A stretch of 64,000 bases of DNA, from the NCBI RefSeq assembly GCF_003334765.1, contig NZ_QOWT01000006.1; one strand, 5' to 3'. This DNA comes from Escherichia coli. Lineage in GTDB: Bacteria > Pseudomonadota > Gammaproteobacteria > Enterobacterales > Enterobacteriaceae. Below the pieces are notes generated by a model. The model saw only the letters and a list, made by a program, of their open reading frames with translations. It searched no databases and had not been told where the DNA came from. Shown here one piece after another: positions 33,718 to 45,277 of this stretch. Every line of letters begins with the position of its first letter. Positions within the stretch are counted from its first letter, which is position 1. A program made the position numbers and the translations under genes.

Positions 33718-34626
33718 TTAACTTTGCAGATAGCCGCATTCTCGCCGGAATTGCGTGATTAATGACGCGGTCAGTGGTGTCTGGCGACTATCACGCCGCT
33801 GAATCAAATAATAGGCCGCTTTCGGTAAAATTTCGCTAACCGGCAACATCACCAGCCCCTGTCCGTGCAAGGGATCGCAGCCCATTTCTTCAGGCAGTAT
33901 GCTGAGAAAATCGCTTTTTGCCACCAGACTGATACAGGCTGAGAACGTCTCGCAGACTACACCGACCTGTGGCGTTTGCGCCTGATCGTCAAGCAATTCA
34001 CTCAACTGTTTGTAGTAGCTGCCGTGTGGCGTCGGCATTGTCCAGCTGTAATCCAGTAACTGTTTGATCGAACGGGCACCAATGGCGGGGTGTCCCGGGC
34101 GGCAAAAGATCGCGAATTGCTTTTCCAGTAATTTCTCAAAAGTAAATTCGTGGTCGTACGGTCCCTGATAATAGGTATTGATGGTGAAATCCAATTCTCC
34201 CTGACGCAATTCATTAATCATCGACACCAGTTGCCCTTCCATAATGCGTACTTTTACCTGCGGATGCTGCTGATGAAAACGAGATATGACAGCTGGCATC
34301 AGACTGCGGGAAATACTGGCCCCCATGCCGATATTAATCTGCCCTGCCAGTTGCCCTTGTCGTTGGCGAATATCCTCTTGGGCTGCGCGCAGCTCTTCAA
34401 GAATTAGACTGGCGTGCTGATAAAAACTTTCACCGGCATCAGTTAACGTCACGCCTTTACTACGGCGAAAAAAGAGTTGCGCCGCTAACCCTTCTTCTAG
34501 CTCCTGAATAGATTTACTCAGTGCCGGTTGCGACATATTCAACATTCGGCTCGCTCCGCGAATGCTGCCCTGACGAGCCACTTCAACAAAAGCCCGAATT
34601 TGATGAATTTTTACCTGAAAAGCCAT
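33718..34626 (-). CDS. abgR: LysR-family regulator of the abg operon
   Basis: 302-aa ORF with N-terminal LysR HTH; divergent from abgA. Confidence 0.9.
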   Translation of the reverse strand: MAFQVKIHQIRAFVEVARQGSIRGASRMLNMSQPALSKSIQELEEGLAAQLFFRRSKGVTLTDAGESFYQHASLILEELRAAQEDIRQRQGQLAGQINIGMGASISRSLMPAVISRFHQQHPQVKVRIMEGQLVSMINELRQGELDFTINTYYQGPYDHEFTFEKLLEKQFAIFCRPGHPAIGARSIKQLLDYSWTMPTPHGSYYKQLSELLDDQAQTPQVGVVCETFSACISLVAKSDFLSILPEEMGCDPLHGQGLVMLPVSEILPKAAYYLIQRRDSRQTPLTASLITQFRRECGYLQS

Positions 34627-34801
34627 GACGCCACCGATAACCGTTATTTATCAGACCAAAGAAACTGGCATCTACTTTAATGCAGATGATTGTGTCAGGG
34701 TAATTTATGAACGGTTAAAACTGTGAAAAATCAGTTAGTGATAAGTAAAAACTATCGCTACGTGAACCGGGTCACACTTTTTACTGATGACGGGAAAGGT
34801 T

Positions 34802-36112
34802 ATGGAGTCTTTGAATCAATTTGTTAATTCGCTTGCCCCAAAATTATCGCACTGGCGACGTGATTTTCATCACTATGCAGAGTCTGGCTGGGTGGAATTC
34901 CGCACTGCCACCCTTGTTGCGGAAGAATTGCACCAGCTCGGCTATTCACTGGCGCTGGGTCGCGAAGTAGTTAATGAAAGTAGCCGGATGGGATTACCTG
35001 ATGAATTCACTCTACAACGCGAATTCGAGCGCGCTCGTCAACAGGGTGCGCTAGCACAATGGATTGCGGCTTTTGAAGGTGGTTTCACTGGTATCGTCGC
35101 CACCCTGGATACCGGTCGCCCCGGTCCGGTGATGGCTTTCCGTGTCGATATGGACGCGCTGGATCTCAGTGAAGAGCAGGATGTCAGCCATCGCCCCTAC
35201 CGCGACGGTTTTGCGTCATGTAACGCCGGAATGATGCATGCCTGTGGTCATGATGGACATACCGCCATTGGGCTTGGGCTGGCGCATACCCTTAAACAGT
35301 TCGAGTCCGGACTACATGGCGTCATCAAACTGATTTTTCAGCCTGCAGAGGAAGGTACGCGTGGCGCGCGGGCGATGGTCGATGCAGGTGTCGTAGATGA
35401 TGTTGATTATTTTACTGCCGTGCACATTGGCACTGGCGTACCTGCGGGCACCGTGGTGTGCGGCAGTGATAATTTTATGGCAACCACCAAATTTGACGCG
35501 CACTTCACCGGTACCGCCGCTCACGCAGGCGCAAAACCAGAAGACGGTCACAATGCCTTGTTGGCGGCAGCACAAGCCACTCTTGCACTGCATGCAATCG
35601 CCCCGCACAGCGAAGGAGCTTCCAGAGTAAACGTGGGCGTTATGCAGGCAGGAAGCGGTCGTAACGTTGTTCCTGCCTCGGCGTTGCTGAAAGTGGAAAC
35701 ACGCGGGGCCAGCGACGTCATTAATCAATATGTTTTTGACCGTGCACAACAAGCGATTCAGGGCGCAGCAACCATGTATGGTGTCGGCGTTGAAACTCGT
35801 CTGATGGGTGCAGCTACCGCCAGTTCTCCTTCGCCGCAATGGGTCGCATGGTTGCAAAGTCAGGCGGCTCAGGTCGCGGGGGTCAATCAGGCCATTGAAC
35901 GTGTTGAAGCGCCTGCGGGTTCCGAAGATGCCACATTAATGATGGCCCGCGTGCAGCAACATCAAGGGCAAGCCTCCTACGTGGTGTTTGGCACACAGCT
36001 GGCGGCAGGTCATCACAACGAAAAATTCGATTTTGACGAGCAGGTTCTCGCTATTGCCGTCGAAACGCTGGCGCGCACCGCGCTCAATTTTCCCTGGACG
36101 CGAGGTATCTGA
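34802..36112 (+). CDS. abgA: p-aminobenzoyl-glutamate hydrolase subunit A (M20 peptidase)
   Basis: Track ORF trimmed to ATG at 34802 (MESLNQFVNSL...), 436 aa. Confidence 0.9.
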   Translation: MESLNQFVNSLAPKLSHWRRDFHHYAESGWVEFRTATLVAEELHQLGYSLALGREVVNESSRMGLPDEFTLQREFERARQQGALAQWIAAFEGGFTGIVATLDTGRPGPVMAFRVDMDALDLSEEQDVSHRPYRDGFASCNAGMMHACGHDGHTAIGLGLAHTLKQFESGLHGVIKLIFQPAEEGTRGARAMVDAGVVDDVDYFTAVHIGTGVPAGTVVCGSDNFMATTKFDAHFTGTAAHAGAKPEDGHNALLAAAQATLALHAIAPHSEGASRVNVGVMQAGSGRNVVPASALLKVETRGASDVINQYVFDRAQQAIQGAATMYGVGVETRLMGAATASSPSPQWVAWLQSQAAQVAGVNQAIERVEAPAGSEDATLMMARVQQHQGQASYVVFGTQLAAGHHNEKFDFDEQVLAIAVETLARTALNFPWTRGI

Positions 36113-37557
36113 TGCAGGAAATCTATCGTTTTATCGACGATGCGATTGAAGCCGATCGCCAACGTTATACCGATATTGCCGATCAAATCTGGGATCATCC
36201 AGAAACACGTTTTGAAGAGTTCTGGTCAGCGGAGCATCTGGCTTCGGCGCTGGAATCTGCAGGCTTCACCGTTACCCGCAACGTAGGCAATATCCCAAAT
36301 GCCTTTATTGCTTCGTTTGGTCAAGGCAAACCGGTTATCGCCCTGCTGGGAGAATATGACGCCCTGGCAGGTTTAAGTCAGCAAGCAGGTTGCGCGCAAC
36401 CTACATCCGTGACGCCCGGTGAAAATGGTCACGGTTGCGGACACAATTTGCTGGGAACCGCCGCCTTTGCCGCTGCAATAGCCGTCAAGAAATGGCTGGA
36501 ACAATATGGGCAAGGCGGCACGGTGCGCTTTTATGGTTGTCCTGGCGAAGAAGGCGGCTCGGGTAAAACGTTCATGGTTCGCGAGGGGGTATTTGATGAT
36601 GTGGATGCGGCACTCACCTGGCACCCGGAAGCCTTTGCCGGTATGTTCAATACCCGCACGCTGGCAAACATTCAGGCATCATGGCGCTTTAAAGGGATCG
36701 CAGCACATGCCGCGAATTCCCCTCATTTGGGACGCAGCGCCCTTGATGCCGTAACGTTGATGACCACTGGCACCAACTTCCTCAACGAACATATTATTGA
36801 AAAAGCGCGCGTACACTATGCCATCACAAATAGCGGCGGGATCTCGCCCAACGTGGTCCAGGCGCAGGCAGAAGTGCTTTATCTTATCCGCGCCCCCGAA
36901 ATGACCGACGTGCAGCATATTTATGATCGGGTCGCCAAAATCGCCGAAGGTGCGGCATTGATGACCGAAACCACGGTTGAATGCCGCTTCGACAAAGCCT
37001 GTTCCAGTTATCTCCCGAATCGCACCTTAGAAAATGCCATGTACCAGGCCCTATCCCATTTTGGTACCCCGGAATGGAACTCCGAAGAACTGGCTTTTGC
37101 GAAACAAATTCAGGCTACGCTCACCTCCAACGATCGGCAAAACAGTCTGAATAATATCGCCGCAACCGGTGGCGAAAACGGCAAGGTTTTTGCACTACGT
37201 CATCGTGAAACGGTACTGGCGAATGAAGTCGCTCCATATGCCGCCACCGATAACGTGCTTGCGGCATCGACTGATGTCGGCGACGTCAGTTGGAAACTGC
37301 CTGTTGCCCAGTGTTTCAGCCCCTGTTTTGCCGTCGGTACACCGCTACATACGTGGCAACTGGTTAGCCAGGGGCGAACATCTATTGCTCATAAAGGAAT
37401 GCTGCTGGCGGCGAAAACTATGGCAGCAACCACAGTCAATCTCTTCCTTGATTCAGGGCTATTGCAAGAATGCCAACAAGAGCATCAGCAAGTAACGGAC
37501 ACGCAACCGTATCACTGCCCTATCCCGAAAAACGTGACACCGTCACCTTTAAAATAA
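36112..37557 (+). CDS. abgB: p-aminobenzoyl-glutamate hydrolase subunit B (M20 peptidase)
   Basis: 481-aa ORF; start overlaps abgA stop (ATGA). Confidence 0.9.
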   Translation: MQEIYRFIDDAIEADRQRYTDIADQIWDHPETRFEEFWSAEHLASALESAGFTVTRNVGNIPNAFIASFGQGKPVIALLGEYDALAGLSQQAGCAQPTSVTPGENGHGCGHNLLGTAAFAAAIAVKKWLEQYGQGGTVRFYGCPGEEGGSGKTFMVREGVFDDVDAALTWHPEAFAGMFNTRTLANIQASWRFKGIAAHAANSPHLGRSALDAVTLMTTGTNFLNEHIIEKARVHYAITNSGGISPNVVQAQAEVLYLIRAPEMTDVQHIYDRVAKIAEGAALMTETTVECRFDKACSSYLPNRTLENAMYQALSHFGTPEWNSEELAFAKQIQATLTSNDRQNSLNNIAATGGENGKVFALRHRETVLANEVAPYAATDNVLAASTDVGDVSWKLPVAQCFSPCFAVGTPLHTWQLVSQGRTSIAHKGMLLAAKTMAATTVNLFLDSGLLQECQQEHQQVTDTQPYHCPIPKNVTPSPLK

Positions 37558-37593
37558 CAACAACAACGCAAACACAACAACCGAGGAATGCCC

Positions 37594-39120
37594 ATGAGTA
37601 TGTCATCCATACCGTCGTCCTCCCAATCCGGGAAGCTCTATGGCTGGGTCGAAAGAATTGGTAACAAGGTTCCCCATCCTTTTCTGCTCTTTATCTATTT
37701 GATTATCGTACTCATGGTGACGACGGCAATTTTGTCGGCCTTTGGCGTCAGTGCGAAAAACCCGACCGATGGTACGCCGGTCGTGGTGAAAAACCTGCTC
37801 AGTGTGGAAGGATTACACTGGTTTTTACCCAATGTTATTAAAAACTTTAGCGGTTTTGCTCCACTTGGTGCGATCCTGGCGCTGGTTTTAGGTGCCGGTC
37901 TGGCGGAGCGCGTCGGCTTACTGCCAGCACTAATGGTTAAAATGGCATCGCATGTTAATGCCCGCTACGCCAGTTATATGGTGCTGTTTATTGCTTTTTT
38001 CAGCCACATTTCTTCCGATGCGGCGTTAGTGATCATGCCACCGATGGGTGCGCTGATTTTTCTGGCGGTGGGCAGGCATCCAGTTGCAGGTTTACTGGCT
38101 GCCATTGCAGGCGTAGGTTGCGGCTTTACGGCTAATTTACTGATTGTCACAACCGACGTGTTGCTGTCGGGGATCAGCACGGAAGCGGCAGCTGCGTTCA
38201 ATCCGCAAATGCACGTCAGTGTAATTGATAACTGGTATTTTATGGCCAGCTCCGTAGTCGTACTGACGATTGTTGGCGGCCTGATAACCGACAAAATCAT
38301 CGAGCCACGGTTAGGTCAATGGCAGGGAAACAGCGATGAGAAACTGCAGACATTGACCGAAAGTCAGCGTTTTGGTTTACGCATAGCAGGTGTCGTATCG
38401 CTACTTTTTATTGCTGCGATTGCGCTGATGGTGATCCCGCAAAACGGGATATTGCGCGATCCGATTAATCACACCGTGATGCCATCACCCTTTATTAAAG
38501 GTATCGTGCCACTGATCATTCTTTTTTTCTTTGTTGTCTCGCTGGCTTATGGCATCGCTACCCGCACAATTCGACGTCAGGCGGATTTACCGCATTTAAT
38601 GATTGAACCGATGAAAGAGATGGCGGGATTTATCGTGATGGTTTTTCCCCTCGCCCAATTTGTCGCCATGTTTAACTGGAGCAACATGGGGAAATTCATC
38701 GCCGTGGGGCTGACCGATATACTGGAAAGTTCAGGGCTTAGCGGCATCCCGGCGTTTGTCGGTCTGGCGTTGCTTTCCTCTTTCTTATGCATGTTTATTG
38801 CCAGCGGTTCCGCAATCTGGTCGATTCTTGCCCCCATTTTCGTACCAATGTTTATGCTACTTGGCTTTCACCCGGCATTTGCGCAAATCCTCTTTCGTAT
38901 TGCCGACTCATCCGTATTGCCTTTAGCGCCGGTATCTCCTTTTGTTCCACTGTTTCTTGGATTCCTGCAACGCTACAAACCAGACGCGAAACTGGGTACT
39001 TACTATTCGTTAGTCTTGCCCTATCCACTTATCTTTTTGGTGGTATGGCTGCTGATGTTGCTGGCGTGGTATCTTGTCGGTCTGCCGATAGGTCCGGGTA
39101 TTTACCCACGTTTGTCTTAA
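37594..39120 (+). CDS. abgT: p-aminobenzoyl-glutamate transporter
   Basis: Track ORF trimmed to ATG at 37594 (MSMSSIPSS...), 508 aa; polytopic membrane protein. Confidence 0.88.
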
Positions 39121-39130
39121 GAGAGAACGG

Positions 39131-39646
39131 ATGCTGAGATTACTTGAAGAAAAAATTGCCACGCCACTGGGTCCACTGTGGGTGATTTGCGATGAGCAAT
39201 TTCGCCTGCGGGCGGTTGAATGGGAAGAGTACAGCGAACGCATGGTGCAGCTGCTGGACATCCATTATCGCAAAGAAGGCTATGAGCGCATTTCTGCCAC
39301 CAATCCAGGCGGTTTAAGCGACAAGCTTCGTGAATATTTTGCCGGTAATCTTAGCATTATTGATACGCTTCCCACTGCTACGGGGGGGACGCCATTTCAG
39401 CGCGAAGTCTGGAAAACACTACGCACTATCCCCTGCGGGCAGGTAATGCATTACGGCCAACTGGCTGAGCAATTGGGCCGTCCTGGCGCGGCGCGTGCCG
39501 TTGGTGCGGCAAACGGATCGAATCCCATCAGCATCGTCGTACCTTGCCATCGGGTTATTGGCCGAAACGGCACCATGACCGGATATGCAGGCGGAGTTCA
39601 GCGAAAAGAGTGGTTATTGCGCCATGAAGGTTATCTTTTGCTGTAA
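39131..39646 (+). CDS. ogt: O6-alkylguanine-DNA alkyltransferase
   Basis: 171-aa ORF with PCHRV active-site motif. Confidence 0.93.
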
Positions 39647-39807
39647 ACATTAAACAATTTGTGCCAGCTTGTTCACACTTTTATGTAAAGTTACCCTTAA
39701 CAACTTAAGGGTTTTCAAATAGATAGACATATATTTACATCTAATATCGGAATTCTCTGCTGTTAAGGTTTGCTTAGACTTACTTGCTCCCTAAAAAGAT
39801 GTTAAAA

Positions 39808-39821
39808 TTGACAAATATCAA
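39808..39821. promoter_or_regulatory. FNR box (TTGAC-AAAT-ATCAA) in the fnr promoter (autoregulation)
   Basis: Consensus FNR site 20-33 bp upstream of the fnr ATG. Confidence 0.7.
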
Positions 39822-39840
39822 TTACGGCTTGAGCAGACCT

Positions 39841-40593
39841 ATGATCCCGGAAAAGCGAATTATACGGCGCATTCAGTCTGGCGGTTGTGCTATCCATTGC
39901 CAGGATTGCAGCATCAGCCAGCTTTGCATCCCGTTCACACTCAACGAACATGAGCTTGATCAGCTTGATAATATCATTGAGCGGAAGAAGCCTATTCAGA
40001 AAGGCCAGACGCTGTTTAAGGCTGGTGATGAACTTAAATCGCTTTATGCCATCCGCTCCGGTACGATTAAAAGTTATACCATCACTGAGCAAGGCGACGA
40101 GCAAATCACTGGTTTCCATTTAGCAGGCGACCTGGTGGGATTTGACGCCATCGGCAGCGGCCATCACCCGAGCTTCGCGCAGGCGCTGGAAACCTCGATG
40201 GTATGTGAAATCCCGTTCGAAACGCTGGACGATTTGTCCGGTAAAATGCCGAATCTGCGTCAGCAGATGATGCGTCTGATGAGCGGTGAAATCAAAGGCG
40301 ATCAGGACATGATCCTGCTGTTGTCGAAGAAAAATGCCGAGGAACGTCTGGCTGCATTCATCTACAACCTGTCCCGTCGTTTTGCCCAACGCGGCTTCTC
40401 CCCTCGTGAATTCCGCCTGACGATGACTCGTGGCGATATCGGTAACTATCTGGGCCTGACGGTAGAAACCATCAGCCGTCTGCTGGGTCGCTTCCAGAAA
40501 AGCGGCATGCTGGCAGTCAAAGGTAAATACATCACCATCGAAAATAACGATGCGCTGGCCCAGCTTGCTGGTCATACGCGTAACGTTGCCTGA
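39841..40593 (+). CDS. fnr: fumarate/nitrate reduction global regulator FNR
   Basis: Track ORF trimmed to ATG at 39841 ([29 protein letters not shown]...), 250 aa; N-terminal Cys cluster. Confidence 0.95.
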
Positions 40594-40744
40594 TTTTTCC
40601 GCATAACTCACTATCCTTCTGTCATATCATTAAATTTTTCTGATTTATTGATCTGGCAGAAGGTTCATCACTGTTTCATTCACCAGATATGGGTTAATCT
40701 TTTAATTACAAACTGCGTTGACAGTTGTTGTAAGGAGACCCTGT

Positions 40745-41695
40745 ATGGCTATGTATCAGAACATGCTCGTTGTTATCGATCCTAACCAGGACGACCAACC
40801 AGCATTGCGGCGAGCTGTTTATTTACATCAACGGATTGGTGGCAAAATTAAAGCCTTTTTGCCGATCTATGACTTCTCATACGAAATGACCACCCTGCTC
40901 TCCCCGGACGAACGTACCGCTATGCGTCAGGGCGTCATCAGCCAGCGTACAGCCTGGATCCACGAGCAGGCAAAATATTATCTCAATGCTGGCGTTCCCA
41001 TTGAAATTAAAGTGGTCTGGCATAACCGTCCTTTCGAAGCCATCATTCAGGAAGTGATCAGCGGCGGACACGATTTGGTGCTAAAAATGGCGCACCAACA
41101 TGACCGTCTGGAAGCGGTGATTTTTACGCCAACGGACTGGCATCTGTTACGCAAATGCCCAAGCCCGGTGTGGATGGTGAAAGACCAGCCGTGGCCGGAA
41201 GGAGGCAAGGCGCTGGTGGCGGTGAATCTCGCCAGTGAAGAGCCGTATCATAATGCGCTCAATGAAAAACTGGTCAAAGAGACGATCGAACTGGCAGAAC
41301 AAGTCAACCATACCGAAGTTCATCTGGTTGGCGCTTATCCGGTAACGCCAATTAATATCGCGATTGAACTGCCGGAATTTGACCCGAGCGTTTATAACGA
41401 TGCCATTCGTGGGCAACATTTGCTGGCAATGAAAGCCCTGCGGCAGAAATTCGGCATTAATGAAAACATGACGCACGTAGAAAAAGGTCTGCCAGAAGAG
41501 GTGATTCCTGATTTGGCGGAGCACTTACAGGCGGGGATTGTGGTTCTGGGCACGGTAGGACGCACCGGTATTTCAGCAGCATTCCTCGGCAACACGGCGG
41601 AACAGGTGATTGATCATCTTCGCTGCGACCTGCTGGTCATTAAACCTGACCAGTATCAGACACCCGTTGAACTGGATGACGAAGAAGACGATTAA
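40745..41695 (+). CDS. uspE: tandem-domain universal stress protein E
   Basis: Track ORF trimmed to ATG at 40745 ([12 protein letters not shown]...), 316 aa. Confidence 0.9.
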   Translation: MAMYQNMLVVIDPNQDDQPALRRAVYLHQRIGGKIKAFLPIYDFSYEMTTLLSPDERTAMRQGVISQRTAWIHEQAKYYLNAGVPIEIKVVWHNRPFEAIIQEVISGGHDLVLKMAHQHDRLEAVIFTPTDWHLLRKCPSPVWMVKDQPWPEGGKALVAVNLASEEPYHNALNEKLVKETIELAEQVNHTEVHLVGAYPVTPINIAIELPEFDPSVYNDAIRGQHLLAMKALRQKFGINENMTHVEKGLPEEVIPDLAEHLQAGIVVLGTVGRTGISAAFLGNTAEQVIDHLRCDLLVIKPDQYQTPVELDDEEDD

Positions 41696-41715
41696 CGACT
41701 CTTCAATAACTGACA

Positions 41716-41742
41716 AGGCCCGAGTTATCGGGCCTATTTTTT
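41716..41742. terminator. rho-independent terminator between uspE and ynaJ
   Basis: AGGCCCGA / TCGGGCCT hairpin followed by TTTTTT. Confidence 0.7.
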
Positions 41743-41744
41743 AC

Positions 41745-42002
41745 TTACTGCTCTTCGCCGCCAAGGAAATAAATTCCCAACGGGATTGCCAGCAACACAG
41801 TAAAGACCAGGCTATAAACAAAAATCATCGATGACTGAATCACATACATTGATGTCGTCCACTCAGACAGCGGAATATTGTACTGTTCTATAACGCCGCC
41901 GATGGTCGCGCGAGTCACAACCGACGCCGCAATAATGAAAACCGCCAACAAACCAAAGAGAAATTTCTTCCCTTTCGCTGACTTCAGTTTCGCCATAATC
42001 AT
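41745..42002 (-). CDS. ynaJ: DUF2534 small inner-membrane protein
   Basis: 85-aa ORF with two predicted transmembrane segments; synteny. Confidence 0.8.
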   Translation of the reverse strand: MIMAKLKSAKGKKFLFGLLAVFIIAASVVTRATIGGVIEQYNIPLSEWTTSMYVIQSSMIFVYSLVFTVLLAIPLGIYFLGGEEQ

Positions 42003-42245
42003 GATGTAATCCTTGTGCAGACAAATTTCTTGTTACCTAAACGTAACAATACCATGACATTTCACCGTTGTCTGCTCTGAAAACCTCACCTCTTAGCTGG
42101 ATTTACAATCAACGCATTGATTAGTTAGCTAATGTTGCTACTTCCTTCCCTGACTATTGATGATCTGAATGAATTGTCGCGGTAAAATAGCCCCGCCAGG
42201 GGTTTCCGGCATGACGACAATTATCTGGAGGAGCCTGATAAAACA

Positions 42246-43277
42246 ATGATCGCTGAACTGTTTACAAATAATGCGCTTAATCTGGTCATTATTTTCGGTA
42301 GCTGCGCAGCATTGATTCTGATGAGCTTTTGGTTTCGCCGTGGAAATCGTAAAAGAAAAGGATTTTTATTCCATGCGGTGCAATTTTTAATCTACACCAT
42401 AATTATCAGTGCTGTTGGTAGCATTATTAATTATGTTATAGAAAACTATAAACTCAAATTTATCACCCCAGGCGTTATCGATTTTATCTGTACGTCCCTG
42501 ATTGCGGTTATTCTGACGATTAAGCTATTTCTGCTGATTAATCAGTTTGAAAAACAGCAGATTAAAAAAGGTCGCGATATCACCAGTGCGCGGATTATGT
42601 CGCGTATCATCAAAATCACCATTATTGTGGTGCTTGTTCTGCTTTATGGCGAACATTTCGGCATGAGCCTTTCTGGCTTGCTGACCTTTGGTGGTATTGG
42701 TGGTCTGGCTGTCGGTATGGCCGGTAAAGATATTCTGAGTAACTTCTTTTCCGGGATTATGCTCTATTTCGACCGTCCTTTCAGTATTGGCGACTGGATC
42801 CGTTCACCGGACAGAAATATCGAAGGTACAGTAGCGGAAATTGGCTGGCGAATTACCAAAATTACGACCTTTGATAATCGTCCATTGTACGTACCGAACT
42901 CGCTGTTTTCGTCGATCAGCGTAGAAAACCCAGGACGAATGACCAACCGCCGCATTACCACGACCATTGGTTTACGTTATGAGGATGCGGCAAAAGTGGG
43001 CGTTATTGTCGAAGCTGTACGTGAGATGCTGAAAAATCACCCGGCCATCGACCAGCGACAAACCTTACTGGTTTATTTCAACCAGTTTGCTGACTCTTCA
43101 TTGAATATTATGGTTTATTGCTTTACCAAAACCACGGTATGGGCTGAATGGCTTGCTGCACAGCAAGACGTTTATTTGAAGATTATCGATATTGTACAGT
43201 CACACGGCGCGGACTTTGCCTTCCCCAGCCAGACGCTGTATATGGATAACATTACACCGCCGGAACAGGGTCGCTAA
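42246..43277 (+). CDS. ynaI: MscS-family low-conductance mechanosensitive channel
   Basis: 343-aa ORF; N-terminal transmembrane helices and MscS-like C-terminal domain. Confidence 0.88.
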
Positions 43278-43287
43278 ATCAGACATC

Positions 43288-43317
43288 ACTGGCGTTATGC
43301 ACAAGGGTAACGCCAGT
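43288..43317. terminator. hairpin between convergent ynaI and mppA (10-bp stem ACTGGCGTTA / TAACGCCAGT)
   Basis: Inverted repeat read directly; no strong U-tract. Confidence 0.4.
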
Positions 43318-43327
43318 TCCCATCACA

Positions 43328-44941
43328 TCAATGCTTCACAATATACATAGTCCGACTGTACGCCACATCTTCAGGATTATTAATGGGATAACCTTTCAGC
43401 CACGGCTTGATTAATCGTCCATTGGTATATTGATAAATTGGTGCAATCGGTGCTTGCTCCATGAGGATTTTTTCTGCCGCGTTGTAATCGGCATTACGCG
43501 CTTTAACGGTATTTTCCGTCGATGCCTGGGCCAGAACTTTGTCATATGCCGGATTGTTAAAGCGTGAAATATTTCCTGAATGCGTTGACGTTAATAATGT
43601 CAGGAAAGTGGAGGGTTCATTATAATCCCCCACCCACGAGGCGCGGATAACATCAAAATTGCCGGTGTTACGGCTATCGATATAGGTTTTCCATTCCTGA
43701 TTTTGCAATTTAACATCTACGCCAAGGTTCTTTTTCCACATCGATGCTACAGCAATCGCAATTTTTTGATGGTTTTCTGAAGTGTTATACAAAAGCGTCA
43801 GCTTCAGCGGTTTTTGCGGACCATAACCAGCTGCGCTCAACAAAGTTTTTGCCTGCGCATTCAGTTCTTCCTGACTCATTTGTTCAAACGGCGAAGGTTC
43901 CGGCGTAAATCCCGCGGTAACATCTGGTGTAAAATGCCACGCTGGCTTTTCGCCCGTCCCTAATACTTTTTCGGTCATCAGGCGGCGATCTATCGTCATA
44001 CTTAATGCCAGACGAACGCGCTGATCTGCCGTCGGCCCTTTTTGCGTGTTAAACGCATAATAATAGGTCCCGAGCTGCGGCGGCGTATAAACCTGCCCCG
44101 GAATATCCTTCAACAGCTTCTGATACATATTTTTCGGGAAGGATTCGGTGATATCAATATCCCCCGCGAGGTAACGCTTAGTGGCTGCGGATTCCTGATT
44201 AATTGGCAGGAAGGTCACTTTTTGCAGTACCGTTTTGGCGTTATCCCAATAATGGGTATTCGGTACCACGACCAGTTTTTCATTGACTACGCGCTCTTTA
44301 AGAACATAAGCGCCATTGCCGATCAGATTTCCGGGTTTCGTCCACTCTTTACCGCTTTCTACGTTGGCTTTTTGCACCGGGAAGAAGGCAAAGTTAGCGG
44401 TTAAATTCACAAACCACGGCAACGGTTTATCAAGCTGAATTTTCAAAGTATGGGCATCAACTGCGGTGACGCCAAGCTGGTCAGGCGTAGCTTTACCATC
44501 AATAATCGCCTGTGCGTTGTTGATTCCCGCCAGCGCGGCAAACCATGCAAATGGCGACAATGTTTTTGGGTCCACCAGACGTTGCCAGCTGTAGACAAAA
44601 TCTTGCGCCGTTACCGGTGTGCCATCCGCCCATTTTGCGTTATCGCGCAGGGTAAAAGTCCAGATACGGTTGTCATTACTTTTCCACTGAGTCGCAACGC
44701 CGGGGACAATCTCCCCTTTTTCGTTCTGATTCACCAGACCTTCAAACAGATCGCGAATGACCTGAATCTCTGGCAGGCCCACGGCTTTAGCGGGATCCAG
44801 CGACGCAGGCTCATCTTTAATGTGGCGCACCAGCTCCTGCTTCTCTGCCAGTACTGTGCCGCTCGGAACTTCTGCAGCATACGAAAGAGAAATGCTGCTG
44901 ACCAACAGCGCACAACACGTGACTGAAACAGAGTGCTTCAT
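43328..44941 (-). CDS. mppA: periplasmic murein tripeptide (L-Ala-gamma-D-Glu-mDAP) binding protein
   Basis: Track ORF trimmed to ATG at 44939-44941 (MKHSVSVTCCALLVSSISLSYA signal peptide), 537 aa; SBP family 5. Confidence 0.9.
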   Translation of the reverse strand: MKHSVSVTCCALLVSSISLSYAAEVPSGTVLAEKQELVRHIKDEPASLDPAKAVGLPEIQVIRDLFEGLVNQNEKGEIVPGVATQWKSNDNRIWTFTLRDNAKWADGTPVTAQDFVYSWQRLVDPKTLSPFAWFAALAGINNAQAIIDGKATPDQLGVTAVDAHTLKIQLDKPLPWFVNLTANFAFFPVQKANVESGKEWTKPGNLIGNGAYVLKERVVNEKLVVVPNTHYWDNAKTVLQKVTFLPINQESAATKRYLAGDIDITESFPKNMYQKLLKDIPGQVYTPPQLGTYYYAFNTQKGPTADQRVRLALSMTIDRRLMTEKVLGTGEKPAWHFTPDVTAGFTPEPSPFEQMSQEELNAQAKTLLSAAGYGPQKPLKLTLLYNTSENHQKIAIAVASMWKKNLGVDVKLQNQEWKTYIDSRNTGNFDVIRASWVGDYNEPSTFLTLLTSTHSGNISRFNNPAYDKVLAQASTENTVKARNADYNAAEKILMEQAPIAPIYQYTNGRLIKPWLKGYPINNPEDVAYSRTMYIVKH

Positions 44942-44998
44942 AAGTTTCCCTCTAACCGACATTAAAATTGATGCGTAATTATTTGTTTCGCCTTAAAG

Positions 44999-45028
44999 AA
45001 ATGCAAACAACTTCCATCAAAAAAGTGA
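44999..45028. repeat. 30-bp repeat copy A (AAATGCAAACAACTTCCATCAAAAAAGTGA), 58-87 bp upstream of mppA
   Basis: 28/30 identity to copy B at 47470-47499. Confidence 0.8.
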
Positions 45029-45277
45029 CAAAGGAAGCATCAAATGTTTTAAGTATCAATATATCAAATCAGATTTAGTGTAAATAATAGTCTCCAAAAT
45101 GCGGTAAAGCACATAGAACTCCGAACACTACGTTCGGGCTTCGCACGTTCAAACCCGTTTTCGGTATCATAATCAGCATCTGTCGCCATTGTACGAAGAA
45201 TAAAAAATGACCAAAACGTTGAAAGGAACTGAGAATACGTTAAGAGAAGAATTAAATTAATGTATCAGCAAGTAGTG

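Noticed and set aside
41745-43277. AT-rich composition of ynaJ and the 5' half of ynaI as a possible horizontally acquired islet
   Set aside because: No flanking mobile-element signatures, tRNA or direct repeats, and both genes are in conserved K-12 synteny. The AT-richness is more simply explained by membrane-protein codon and amino-acid bias. GC content was not computed.
45040-45277. About 240-bp spacer between the mppA promoter repeat and the pgrR 3' end, containing short hairpins (CCGAAC...GTTCGG)
   Set aside because: No convincing promoter-plus-terminator pair or ORF with a ribosome-binding site; insufficient evidence to call an sRNA or small protein.
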